A stretch of DNA of 64,000 nucleotides, from NCBI GenBank assembly GCA_051294905.1, contig CM119372.1, positions 12,648,001 through 12,712,000 of the forward strand. Direction: 5' to 3'. A program made the position numbers and the translations under genes. This stretch comes from Botryllus schlosseri (taxonomy: Eukaryota). The notes beneath the pieces were generated by a model. It was given only the letters and a program-made list of their open reading frames with translations. It had not been told where the DNA came from and searched no databases. Positions 12,501-27,500 of the stretch are shown piece after piece; position 1 is the stretch's first letter; the number at the start of each line of letters is the position of its first letter.

Positions 12501-15500
12501 AGGCAAACCTACTTGAGTACTGCGATGAAGTTCAAGTACTTCGTTACTTATTACATCTGACTGTAAACCGCTTAAACGGAGGATTCATGCCGCAAGAATT
12601 TTGCCATACATACCTTATTGCTTCTTCTTTTATTCGACGTGGACGGACTGCATTTATATTCGTCGTTGTTATTAGCGGCGGCCTTCCGACTCTTCCGGCT
12701 ATCCGCCAGGCCGTTACCGTTAGCGGCCCTCTGGCGTTTCGGCCGTCCGCTTTTGACGCGAAACTCTGCATCGCTGTCCGCGTCCGGAATTCTACAACAT
12801 CAATACCAAGTCAACATCTTGCGTTTCCTCGCAATGAAATCGACGCCACACTCACCTCGGCGGGGCCCAGTCGTGCTTGGTAGCGTCGAGCAAGGTGCCG
12901 ACGTAGGAGCGGTTACGCCAGGTCACATTCACCACGAGAACGCCTGTAAAGCGCAAACGGCTTGATACATTCCAGAAATCGTGACAGGGAACGCGATAAG
13001 TACACACGGCAACGATTTACGCGAGCGGTGACGTGTAAGACCTCTCTGACAATAGCGATTCGCTACGATAATCGCGCGAGGTCGCTTATCGCGAAAAATT
13101 CTGATTTGCTGTCGTGTTCGCGACCAGGAACGGGCACAATGAATGACCCGAGTACAGTAGTGAGAGCCGATATCTTCAAGTACTGAAATTATAGCTCCCA
13201 TACTATTTCCTACCGTGGAAAACTTGAAACCTCAAACGGTTGTATCATAGCCTACGAAGCATGAAGCAAAAAGCTATTAGAGTTACTAGGAAACGTCATT
13301 TCCGGGAAGCAGTAACCAACCCACAGCATTGTTTCAAAGCGCAATGAAATTGGTATAGTCGACAAAATACCGAATTACCTTAAACCTGGTATACAACTCG
13401 CACTGTCTATTGCGGTCGCATAAAAGGTGCGTTTATATTTGAACCTTTCGAATCATCCATACTGATGCTAAGCCCTATACGCAGTGTTGCCATCGACATG
13501 GATCAATAACTAAGGACAGCCACAAATTCAAATAGTTTAACCGTGGTATTTATTAACTGATGACTAAAAGAAGGCACGGCTTTCGGCGAGTGGTAATCCC
13601 GACCAAAAGTGTCGAAAATACGAACAAAATGAGGACAAATCTGGTAAATATGGATATTGCAGTTTTATAAGACATCTCCCTTCAAAATAATGACAACTAT
13701 GGACGGTATATGACAACCATGTATGTAAGCGACCATAGAATACGCGGGCGCGGGCATCGGGATTAATAACTCGAAACGCCGATGTGACTGCAACGATTTG
13801 CGGCGTAGCCGCCAAAATCCGCCCGGCCTCAAATCGAGAGAACGCAAGCTAAACTGCGAGACAAGCGAGCGCGCGGCGACGCCGGGTTAACATCGTTTCG
13901 TCGACCACGGCTCCAACGCATCTGGCGCAAAGAAGAGGCCGTGAAATTAATTCTCAACATTCCCGTCGAGGCTTAAATACAATGGATTAAAGATCGTAAT
14001 TTGTAGCGCGGCTACGAGCGGCTGACAATGGACACGAACACACCGCGACTGACTCATACGGAAAACGACAACACTGTGTGAGATTGGTTACAGTTCTATA
14101 GGAATTGCCATATACTAAGTATTTTCGTCGCTACAACCATTCAACTTCAGCAATTTATGTATTAAAAAGCCAGGTTTGCAGTAAAATACACATACGGTAA
14201 CACACGTATTAGTATTTCAATTGCGCATGATACAGAATAGCGCCAGCCTATCAATTTGTCGATGAGGAAATGTGACAGTACGGTACTCATAGGTCAAAGA
14301 CCGCCGCGCTTACACAAAGGAAGGCAAGCCGGCGAACAATAAACCGCGATAATACATCTTCGAGCACTTCACCGCAAGCTTCAAGAGCCGAAGTGGACGT
14401 TCTCTCCACTGTCCCAAAATCCCAATATTTGATTTTACCGCTAAAAAGATTTCCGGGGCGATTCTCACAGTACTACGAAAGGAAAGACACACACGAGTCC
14501 TTGCGTATTTAAATCATTACATTGAAAACACCAACACTGTATCAAAATAATAAATGAAAACTCACCGGATTCGGTTTCGTGCCAAACTATCCCGCTCAAG
14601 TTCACGTTAGTCCCGGGCTCGCAAGGTCCAAGCGATTCAGGCTCCGTGCTAATTCCGATATCAGCGTGAGTCGTGCAGGTGCCTACAGACCGACTCCGGT
14701 CGGTGTTTCCGAGATCGTTTTGCGGCAAAGTCGCGCACTCTGTTTCGGCAGATACTGAAGTCGAGCCCGACGCACGATTTTTGTTGCCGTTTCTAGACGA
14801 GCTGCGCCTATCCGACTTTGAGTCCGTCGCTGACTTTTGCTGGCCGACAGTCATTTTAAAGTCTGTCTTTGACAGTAATTTCCCGGTAGAGTTGCCGGGT
14901 GCGTTAGCAGGCGGGCTTGAGTTCGCTTTCATCAAACTGTCCGCATCTATTGGTGTCATACCGCTACCATAACCTTTGTTTATCTGAACGGAAAATGCAG
15001 CTGTTGAGACGCCCTGCCAATAACTTCGTCTTTATTAAGAATATATTTCTCGACAGCAAAATCAATAAAAGCGATCCGCGCAATCTCTGTTACACAACCT
15101 CCGAATTTTAAAAAAACAAAGGTCGTTCTTTCAAGCCTCATCATAATCGCCCCTGCTCGACTATTCCGAAAACTGACACAATAGGCCGAAGCCGTACACT
15201 GCGTTGCGACTATCAGACGGGAAGCATCAACGCTCGCGGGCCTTCCGGCAATAGAAACCAGCCTCGCGCCGCCAAAGACGACCGAAAAGACTGAGTGCTA
15301 AAGCCCGTCATTCTCTCAAAGCCGCGAGAAAGGCCTACGCGATCTCGAAATTCAATAGCGCCCAGCAATAGCGCGGATAAATTCTTATCCTTCCCGAAGC
15401 GTAATTATTTTAATAGCAGACATGTGGCATCGCACAGATAGATTACCGACTATTTAATCCTTCTTTATCCCTAAAACGTGATAAAACCGGGCTCCCCGAA

Positions 15501-18500
15501 ATTGCGCGCAATTATTATATCCGAGCTTTCGCCTAATCTCCAGCCAGATGACGAGATTAATACATCGGCGGCGTAATAAAACACACAGATAAGCTACGCT
15601 TGCAAACCGAGACCACAGTGACCAATCAGTGATAATATCTAGCACTGGTTTGCTAAGTCGTTTTAAAAACGGAGATGCTTAAATTAACCTGATACACACG
15701 CAGCGCAACGCATCATATCATATCAATACTAAAGTGCGAGACTCGTAAAAAATGATTGGATATCGAATCCGCGATCAAAGCATTTCCGCCATATTGCGAG
15801 AAAGATACTTGTGACCGAGCTCGCATGCATATCAACACAGCTCGGCCGTAGTAGCAAAAAGATAATAACATATTTTGGCAGCACAGCAACCCGCGTGTTT
15901 ATCTACAAATGATATAACACCGCACCGATCCGTACAAGCCATAGTCCAGGGCCTGCAGCGAACGCATCAGATTTCCACTAGCACCGGAGAAACCGGCCGT
16001 TATTGAGCATAATCGAGCAGCATAGAAGCGTCATGGCACAGTTCCTATAATATTCTACACGGTAGTGATTCAATACGCGGAAACCATTGACAGCCTCTGA
16101 CCGAATAGAATTCACAAACGCCGCATTCGCTCGACTGACGCGCTAGTCGAAATCATGCTTAACACAATATCGCTACATGCATAACCACGGGATGAGGCAT
16201 GTCGCTAATGACATGTGGCACCGGCCGTATTGATCACTTCCCTTATTAAGTTCGACACGAATGAACCGGCTTGGAGTGCATATACGACGCCAATTTCCCC
16301 ACAGTACACAGGAAACTGCTCGGCGATGAATGCGGCGTTGTTGTAATCCACCGTAAACACGCCTCGAGCTCGCGCTGTATAATACACCCAACCCGACACT
16401 CTAATCTAGAGCTAATACTATTGTCAAAGTTAATCGCTTTCAAATATTTCACCATACGCGCTACCCGTTGATTTCACAGCAAGTATGTTGATGATACAAG
16501 CTACTGTAATTTATTAATTCGCAGCGTAAACCGATCCGTCCCGACTTCCTAACCGTATCCCATTCATTCGCGACAAGCCCGGCCATTGGTTCAATAGCGA
16601 AGGACCGTGAAAGGAGAGAGCAAACATTATCCGAATGAGGTAATTGCCCATTGTGACCGCTTAAATAATATAATCGATCGGCGTTATTCCCGAGCAGCAA
16701 CGGCAGCGCACTAACTAAAAATCGGATACATCTCTTGACCTCTCGCATGGAGTCGACTTATTCTCCGCGGAGATTAAGCGATAATGAGGCGCAGATAACG
16801 GAACTGGAGAAGGATTGCGCAAAATTGACTGACGCGTCGCAGACTACATACGAGCTCGCGCGATTTATTTTCTCCTCCGCATTATCAAGAGTCCTTTCGG
16901 AAGTCGACGGCGTATCGTCATATCAAGATATCGGCTTGTTACGCGAGATTAACCCGTTTCATCGCGGGTGCGCCGCATCCGTCAACACGTCTGAAGTTGT
17001 CACGGGTTAATCAAATTATTATCACGTCTTGCGCGCCGGCCTATTCATTCCCTCGACAAACACTAATAGTATGATGTATTGTGCGCAGACTACTGTCATG
17101 ACCAGTGAACCGCGTCTAACAATCGCCTTCAATAAGGAGGGGTTATTCCGGAAATTTAACGCTCGCCCATTAAAACCAATCGCCGTACGAAATCATCGCT
17201 GAGACATGGCAACAGTCGCGCATTGTGGAGTTCAAGGACTAGGAATCAATCATGGCCGCGATAAAACCTCACCGGGAGAGCCAGGGTCTCGTAAAAACCT
17301 TTTTACGACGGGTCAAACAACAGGTTACGGCCGCTAATCTCGGCGCGCTTTGAGAAACCAGGAGAGCGCGCGAAAACATTGGAAACGCGATACGCGCGGC
17401 TTAACATTCCTGCAACAAGGGCCTGTTTTTCTTGGCGTAATGAGTCACGCGAGGCCACGAAGAGAGTCGATAATAATTTGCGTCGCCGATATGGAATTTG
17501 CATTATCAGGCACATTGATTGAGCACTCGAATCCGAATTGAGTCAATTGCAATGATTCTAGTCGAGTAGTGTGAGCAGATATTTTGTAGTACTGAAAATA
17601 TAGTTACGACATGCATATTCAACCTTGGGAGAATTGAAACCGCGGTCGTATCATAGCATTCACATTATGTAGTGTAGATTGTAGTACAAAGCTAGTCGCA
17701 CTGTAGTAGAAACACATCAGTAAAGTGATCACCAAACCCTAGCATTGTCTCAAAGCGCAAAGAGATTGGCACAAATTAACTTCAAATGTGGTGTATATAA
17801 AGTCGCACTAATTTTCGTTGTCACATAAAAGGTACATATTCGAACTTTCCAAATCGTCCGTACGGATATGACGTCATAATGAACGACACTCTAATCACTC
17901 AGGCACTCGGTTTTTGGAAAGCTTCTCGGAGGTACATAACTTCAATGTACATTTGAATATTATATTCATATTGAAACGTACCCGAATATACTATTCAATT
18001 GCACTCGACTTTACACTGTCCAGCCCTAATTATTAGTAGTGATATCGCACCCGGCACTAATGGTGGAGTTAATAGAAAATTATTTGTCTCGGATATCTGT
18101 GAATAGCTGAATACGGATCGCCGATTCAAAACCATTGTTGACAGCCTCGCGCAGACCGATTGTCAGCGTTTTCGCCGCAGGGGCGCAATGCTATTTATAT
18201 ATCAGCGATGCGGACGACCGATTCGGAACCATCGAACACGCCGTAAATCGTCGGCGCACATTATGTTGACTTGCCAACCAAGTGCGGAAGTACTGTAGTC
18301 AAAGTAGCTCTTAATTATGGCCAATGAAAGGACATTTGCCCGAAGAACACCGTGCCCACTGCGATAAAGCGCAGAGTGCGTTTCGAAGGGTTCGTCACGG
18401 CGCGTTTCGTTTATTCATAGACTACGCGCGCTGACGGACATGAATATCGTCAGCTGAAGTGTACCGAGCGGAAAAGTAAACAGTGTCGATAGCCATTGTT

Positions 18501-21500
18501 TGTCACGTATCTCTCGGGGTTCAGGCAAAATAAGCAACACAACACCGCCCAAATTTCCGTGGCGAATTCACGGAATCACGCAGAAGTCAAAGTGTCGGTG
18601 GTTATGATCGTCGCGATATAACTCATATAAGCGCTGCTATTTGAAGTGCGTCGGGTTAGAGGCTTATAGAGCCAAGTGGGTCAGGATCGATTCTGACTAT
18701 TTGACCCGATCTGTCATGTTGAGTTATTTCGAAAGATGTAGCGTTCTTCTACCGTAACCGGGTAGAAGGCGACGTAACTTTTCACGGAATCAGACAGGGC
18801 CCAGAGTCGCCATCACCACCACACAGTAATAAAAAACGGTTGTAAAATATGTTACAACCCCATCTAGGTAGCGGCAACATTCCATATCATCTTCAAAAGA
18901 GCAACGCGAAAACCGCACGCATACGTTGATCCTGCTATACAATACAGCACGAAACCGTTCAGTCTGAGCAAACAGGAAAGCAGCAAGATCGCTAACTCCT
19001 TCCATAACAAGCTACAATCCGCGTACACACACACCGAAACGACCTAATCAATCACACGCGGGTTTACTACAGTCATTCAACGCCCGATTGTAATCTTAGA
19101 TTACACGCGGCGGACGGGTTAACTTGGCAATGTGTCAGCCAACGCAGTTTTCGCAACAGGGAATTACTACGTGACCAATATCTCTTGAATGGGCGCGAGG
19201 AGATCGCGATCAATTCGCTTCGAAAAACAGACCCGCAGACTTGATAGAGTTAATGCGACGCGTAATTTCGCTAGGATTGATCGGCTCGCCGGCCGATATT
19301 CTCTAAACATCGCCGTCAACTGCTGCGAGATGGACGCGAATGAATAATTGAAAACTATTGCAAGCAAACGCGCTGCAGCGTTGGGTAGGGGAAAATGGAG
19401 AGTGCCCGTTCGCTGCGACGCAGATTACGATCGTTGTATTCATCCGCTGCGGCGTGGGAAATTCGTTCACGCGCGACTGGCCGAAACCCGCCGACGTTAC
19501 TCGCTTTTGATGCAGTCGACAAAGTTCACGCGTTCTCGGGAGGTGTCCGGTCAATACCGAGAAAACCATTACCGAGAATGCCATTACCGAGAATGGACAC
19601 CACCGAGAATGGACACCACAGAGAATGGACATTACCGAGAATGGACACCACCGAGAAAGATAATTTGGTGTTTTAATTTAGTGTTTTTTCACCGTATCTA
19701 TGTCATAGCGCTTTTATGACAATGTTGCGGGTCAATCACTATTTCACAGAAATGTCGTTTCCGCTAACGTGCGCAGCGTTGTGCTACATCTTTCCGCGAC
19801 GAGAAGCATCGAAACTATGATTCTCGTGATGGCCAGTAGTGGGAAAATGCGTAAAATTTCAGCACTCGAAAAACGGTTTGTTACTGACAGGGATCAAAAC
19901 AATCAACACTCAATGTGTATTCACAACTCTTGAATCATTGTGTCCAGTCGTAGTTCCCGTCTTGAGATCCACACACGGCGGTATAATCTGCTCCAATGTA
20001 GTTACGATGCCGTGTATTTGCCACATTTTTCTACCTAGTATGTAACGCACGACTATAGCAAACATAGCACCTATTTCTGAGAAGTGGTTATTACCATTTG
20101 ACATAAATCTATTCAAATTGATTACGCGTCTTGGCAGAGCATGAAAGATTGCTACGCCATGCACGTTACTACGATTGACAGATTTGAAGAAAGAAGTACG
20201 GTAAACCCCAAGGGCGCACAGCGCATACATACAAGGCATTGTAAAACCGTCAGCTGAAACCCGACTACCCGGCATTGTATATAATCATTACAGCAAGTAC
20301 TCCGACGTTACAACCTACAGCAAAAAAGACGGGAAATTAGTGTCATTTTCGAACAATCGCCTCGCGCCATTGTGCAGAGTGCTATTCCAAAGTCGGTACT
20401 CGGAAAAACAACAGTTAAACGTTCGCGCTATTGAGGCGGGCGGCGTTAGCGGCCGGTCAGACGCCGCGTGAACTCGTTACCGAGCGCTATTGATCGCAGA
20501 ACGTTTGATTGCGCCTGGGCAATTCCAGCAAATTGTCAGCTATTTGATAGCGACAATCCAATGCGTTGAAAGCGCGCAACGACATCCGATATCGCCCGAA
20601 ACGAATCACGACATTATTGCAATTGCTACATGCGGTTTGGAGCGCACGGGATTCGGAACGGGCGCGCGAACCGCTTTGCCCGTTGAACACGTCAAGTAGA
20701 ACGGCTTCCTCTACGCTTGTCGAAATGGCTTCCTTTTAATTGCTAGCCAAAACGAGTCGAATAGGTGCCACCAGTATTTCTAGTCAGAAATTCGATCACA
20801 TCCACCCCATTGTCGTTCAAGGAGTCTTTTCGTATCATACAGTCATTAATTTGTTTTATTTGCCTCGTTAGTAAGTTAATTTTGGAATGGAAAGAACTTT
20901 CATTCCGAAATTTGTAAATCAAAACTGACAAGACACAAGCTCGCAACTTCATGCACTAACCGATCTGTTCACAAATATTCAAGAAACTCGTGTCATGAGT
21001 AATTGTACAAAAGCCCGATCATAGAAAGATAGAAAGCACACAGCGCACAAGCTTACACAAGAAAGCACACAGCGCACAAGCTTACACAATCATTCACCCG
21101 GCCTCGATTCAGCACGAAGCCGATATCGCAAATGCCTCTTCATCTCACCACAGGCGTGACCGCAAATATTCGCGCTAAGCAAGCAGCAATATCACGAGTC
21201 AGAATACAAGCAACCGTGTAATGTTTGTACCATACGTCGCGCACTATGTACAGTACGGTTTCGCGGCCGTGTAAACCTCAGCGGAGGTATAGGCCTCCGG
21301 TAATGGATGGTTTTAAACAGGGAATCGTTTTAACCCGTTCGCCGGCTGCATAGCGGCGCACCGCCTCATAAACCTCTATTGTGTTGATTTACGGCTTACC
21401 GTCCGACGCATGCGCAACAGGACGCAGCGCACTTTCGCCCACGATAAGCTTTCTCACTTGTTTAGAATTTAGGCAATAATCCCGACGAGGGCTGTTTTGG

Positions 21501-24500
21501 AAACACCGCTCGCAACGGGGAAAACACTTCGAATGTACGAATCAGTCCAGGGTTTTTGTTGCGTCCGACGAAAGAATGTTTTTACACGGATGACATGCCG
21601 GGGTCGATAACCCTTTCAATGAGCGCTGTTTCGCCACGGTTCAGCACAGCTTGAAGAATACAAAAAGGGAATCCTATCCGCCGACAGCCGCCCTGAATAT
21701 TACTCACAGCCAGCGGGCTGCGGTTAATGCAGAGAGGGAGAAACAAGTCAAGCTAAAGTTTATGTTTTCACTACATTGCGACGTAACTTCGATCGCGGGA
21801 AATCAATGGAAACGGTCTCACCTCCGACATACAACCCGTTCAGTACGTCATCAACTTATCCGCACTGTTCGGATGATTAATTAGTGTGCCAACGCCAGTT
21901 TCATGTAGCCAGTTATTTCCTAATCCCGCCCAACAGCTCTATATCAATTTCCTTTCAAAACCCGCGACAACAGAACCGCCTGATAACGGCAAATGTATTT
22001 TTAAAATTACATCACGCGCGTCTTTGTGTAGCTTTTTAGAGAGCACACAACGCGGCAAAGGATAAACATTAAACAGTACATACAACTTCGTTTTGCGCGC
22101 AGTCAATTTAAAATAACATCAAGACGACCGAATTAGCGAAGCACTCGCTTAAACCTAATCGAAGCGCCTTGAGCGTATCTCGCTTGTGCCGCAGCATGTA
22201 GAAACGCGGAAAGAATATCAATTACTCACGAACGTTGTTGATCCTCTGGGAAATCCGCGACGCCCAACCGACGTTGCGGAGCGTGCGTTTGGACTGTGTA
22301 ACCACTGTGTTACCACTAGCAAATAACTCGCGCAATTTCGGAGTACAAGCGATGCGCTGACATATGTTATCCAGAATCGCGCGTTTCACACTACAGCGGT
22401 ACAGATAACAGAGGGAGCTGCATCGCACGGAAACGAATTTTCCGGCAAGGTAGCGTTTCCAGCAAAATCAAACCTGGGTCATTCCTAGTAAGAAACGTGA
22501 TATTCTCCAACAAGGGTGGACTACACATTTATTCTCATCATCCTTCTCACGAAGAACCTGAAATCGCTTGATGAAAGTATCTCATGCAGATAATTCCCAG
22601 CGGCGTGATAGATTACTTGACATTCGAAACGCGGTAAACCGCGCCCACAACGCAAGACATGGGACCAATCGAAAAGAAGAAAATAACGCAACATCTAGTG
22701 ACACCTTCACACGGCGGATAGCGCAAAAGTAAAACTCACGTAGTTTCAAAAATCCGAAATCCGCTTATCATGACAAAATTGAGTCCAACCCGCGGCGAAT
22801 CAATATTTAATACCCTATCCAAGGTCATAAACCGTAATTCGACAAGCAGAAACACCGACCAGCCAACAAATCATTACACGGCAGCAAAATAGAACGACCT
22901 TTTGAGCGGCGCGCAATTACAGCGCGGTCTCGTAAATAAGACTCGAGCTCGTAAAATCTTCAAAACGCGCCTGGCGGCATCCGCGCAAAACACCCCCGCT
23001 TTTAAATCGCCGCAAGTCGATATTAGCAGCGTAAGAGGCCTGCGTTGAGCACAGTCGAGAGGTTATACCAACAGCAGCAGTCCCGAGACCGCTATCTGGG
23101 TTAGTGTGCTTCGGCGAATTGAATGTCCACAAAAACAAGTGCTACGCCTCGTGTTTCGGTGACGCGAAACACATATAGTACACACGGGCGTCGGTGATTA
23201 TACAACGGGTATACATGAATTCCGACACGACCCGATAATTACAGCATTTACCGGATCATAATCACTTACGAAGCAATCTGTCAATGACATTAAAGTCAAT
23301 CGAGCATTCGATTCGCTGGTGTAATTATCAGGAGCGGGCGGCATACACTTTCATTATATTGGGATTTGGCTGTCGACTGGCACCGAGTACTTAGTAACAG
23401 ACACCGGCCGCAATGGAATTGCAACATAACGTTAACACTGATAATGTGTAGTATCCTGAACGAGGATAAAAACGGGCTCCCGAAACACGACTATTTCGTC
23501 TACCCTTGTGACGTCAGCACGTCACAGTAAATAGGTTGAAACTCGCGGTTCGCGATTTGACAATGATATCGACAAGAATGAGAGAATTATTCGACAAAAA
23601 TCCGACTGCATACAAATGCTCAATCAATGTATTCGGCTATTTTGAATACATATTTTAAGATTATATTTGTATTGACCCTACAAGCCATCCTTGATTATCA
23701 GAAATTCCTTGTCTGTGAGGTCATAATTCGCGATACTACTTCACTGTTCATTTTCTTGGTTTTGAATTTTCAGATTGCTGACGATAGCCCGTAACTAATG
23801 AGCAATAAGCATTAGCTCGAAAATATTCGGGTTTATCTCAAATTGATACATCATTCAATTGTATATTGAAGCTTGTGCCGTATACCGCGTACGAAATATT
23901 CTCTCTCCATTGTTAAGTTCGTAAAGTTCCGAGATCGCGAGACGAGAAGCTCGTCTTTCAATGTCGGCTTCCAACGTAACCAAACCGCGTCGACAGCCTG
24001 CCCAAGCTGATTACCTCCGGATTTTGGAACCGATTTCAATAGCATGAGCGCATTTCTCGTTACGCGGTCAACGCAACTTGACCGTGACCTGCGTATTCGT
24101 GGTTTTGAAATCAGATAGCTTCGGTAGCGAGCGGCGTATCGAGAAACAAGCGCCGCGCGCTAAATGGAATGGATCAGGCGTTACAAGGAAAGCCACGCCG
24201 TCGCTACTTAAACTAATACTTTCGCAGTAGACAATCTTCTGACGCCAGGGGAAAAGGGCATATATATCACTATTTTCCGACACGTCGAACTGATAACAGA
24301 GTGCTTGATCGAACACTAGTGCAAATTCAATTCCAATGGAGGCTGATCGGAATGTTATCAGATCTATAATTTCAAGATAGGAATGAACAAGGGGGCTGGC
24401 GCATAAAACACAGCATTAATAGGCTATTGAATGCGGGACAGACCCCTTCGCAAAATCATAAGCAGGGCCCACTTCACATCTTTCCCGGCCGATAATTCCA

Positions 24501-27500
24501 AGTGGTCTTGTCAAGAGTCAACACCCGAGTGTGCTTTCGCGTGTGTGTGACTCTCCGCTTCGAATAACAGAAAGGCGTTTCCCGATAGGTCCGCACAGCA
24601 CGTTAACCCTCTACGGCGCTCGAAGACGAATACCTCCCGAACACCGCGATAAATCGCTCGCGCAGTATAAAATAGAGTCGGCGCGAAAGTTGTTATAGCG
24701 GCGCGTATTCTAAATTGGAAATTACACACTGGCACGATCTCGTCGCGATAAGATTGATGGCGTACTATAACGAGTTCAAGATGTTTCCAAATACGCATAG
24801 CCGGCACCTCATTAGGACGGATTACGTTACTCAAAAGAATCCTACAAGAGCCACGATAAGATAACAAGCTATAACTTACAACGCCGTTTACCGTAAACCT
24901 CACTAAACACGGAGTCTTAATGGAAATAACACCACGCGGCTCTGCAAAAATCGCTGTGTGATACTCCAACCCTTGTTCAATGACACGGGTTTAGTCGTAC
25001 GGCATGGGTCACCACCCCTTAAACCCGACACGCAAACGATAGCAAAACACCTATGAAACAGATACAGAGTGTTCCAATTCGATATCTCAAACGACAATGC
25101 GATATTGTGTAATCCCACCGAATAAATCGCTGCATATTCCCGTACCAACGCGCCAATGCAACAAACACAAAACCTACACGCTAAATATAGACCATGAAAT
25201 CGTTAAAATAGCGAACGCGTTCGGTATGACAAACGTGACAACGCCACAAACACGGCATCACGCTTCAAATTACATCATTAGAAACACAAGCCGCCGACAA
25301 ATGCAAATTACCGCACGCGGATGTCACATATACCAATTTAGCGCGGGCGCATATTCAGCAACACCGGATCGATAAACGGGTGCTTGAAGTCGGCTGGACG
25401 TTCTGTAAACACTCCGCGATAACTAAGCAAACAGCGGAGAAAACTCGTCGGCAAATCCGACGAAAGACGTCCCACGCACGGAGATAAACGAAAACAAGAC
25501 CTCTCTCATGTCGATTTTGAATTGGACCGTTCCCCGAGAGGTCTTTCCCTTCGAAACACTTGACAACGTCAATCGCGCGATATTCTAAGGCGATTTCGGC
25601 CAAGGTTTCATTAGTGCTTCGCGTGGTTGCTGTATGACATTGTTCAGTCAACACTATACAGTGCAATTAAACTGTTCTGTAAGTAAACAACGCGGTGGCC
25701 AGGTTGATAGATATTGGCGCGTAGATTGCAGTCTGGTTTGGTCCGGCTCAAACTATGCAACTCAATTGAAGCTAAAGTCAAACTAGGCTACGGGGTCGAT
25801 CAACTACCAGGGATGAATGTGGATTTGTAAATTTCGCATACGAAGAATGGGGTGGTAGGCATTTAGACAAACGCGATTTGGATTCACAATAAACAATACA
25901 TTCATATCGATACATATATTCAGTTATTCACCCGAAGCTTTTTCAACGACTCTCAACAAGTGTGACCGTCGGTAATATAGAATCTGCACGCAACGATCCG
26001 GGCATGAAATATCAACTCAACCGGTAACTTGGTCGTGAATTTCGACACGTTTTTTATTGAAGTTCTAGCCGACGTAAAACTCATCGGGTATACGTACCTA
26101 CGCAGTCAACCCACCCCTCAGTAATAGATATGGTGAAAATTTCTCACTTCATCATATCAAGTCGATAATAATCGATCACGCTGTGTAAATTTCAGCCGAG
26201 TTCAATCGAAACATTCTTCAATACGCGCAACGACCTATAATCTCCTATTCATGAATAAGTCATTCGAATCGAGATGATATTACAATAACGGTTTAGAGGC
26301 GGTTAACGGCGCAACGCTAATTCCGCCAACGCGTAATTACCGGTCAACAAACATTCAAAATTCATGTCACCAGTCAGTGTGTTTGCACGACCTAACCCCA
26401 TATGCGCTGCGAAAGTGCGATTACCTGCGGGGTATCGTACGGCGATTGATGAGAGAACATTACCGTGTCAAGATCTGTAAGCGCGTATTAGGTTCTGTCG
26501 ACGTTAGCCTAAAAATGCTCAACATTCCGAGCGGGAGCTTACGCCGTAAGCCGCATTGAATGCGATAATTACCGATGCACGAATTTTCGTACCAACAAGC
26601 ACTAAACCAAGAGCGCACTATACAAATTGTAGTTTTCAACAATCATCCTCATTTCTCGTTGAGGCACTTGGTTTTTTATCGCCCTCGCAATCATACACGT
26701 AAGGCTATCCGTCGGCCAATCGAACTCCAAACTTTTCCTACGGTATCTTGCAACATATTAAGAAAGGATACGCAGAAGGCAAGCGCATCGATGCAGATAT
26801 TGGCGAGGAATCCGTCCAAACACCAAGGGAATACCGCAAAACTCATCGTGACCGAGTCGATATCCGCTGTTACCGCTCGAGGTTATTGTATAATAACATA
26901 GCGCAATTATACCGGCGCGAGAAATGGGATTCGCCTCATTGACTCGTGTTGATTCACCGGCAGCTCCATTTTAGTCATGTCGGCTCGTGACCTCTAGTGA
27001 AATCGCGTGTTTCGTCACAGCGCTTCGATGGGAGTCTTCTGCACGCAGTGAATGTTCATGGTTCATTGTTCAATTCCTTTGCAACTGGTATCCTTCACCT
27101 CGTCTCACGAGTCACGACAAGGTGTGAATAATGCCTATTCCATCCGCATCCATATAGTGACGCTTGAGCACTTTAGAGATGGTACAGTCGCTATAATTGC
27201 CGCAAGCAATAGCCCCACGCTGGTACTATTGAAAGGTGGATACTAGGCAAAACCGTCTTTTTGTTACGATGCCTCAATATTATTGAGCGAATTGTGCTTC
27301 AATGCCCTACGAAACCAGACTTCTTTTCCATAAGCACAAACACTAAACAGCATCATATTTCGTACTGGCCATTATATTGTTTACCGGAGTCGTCTTTGAT
27401 ATCGAGCACCTCAGAGCGCCACTTCCATATGAATATCGCGACAACATTTGAAGGATTTTTCTCGGTATATGAGACTATGGCATGGTTGGTTGACACTCGA

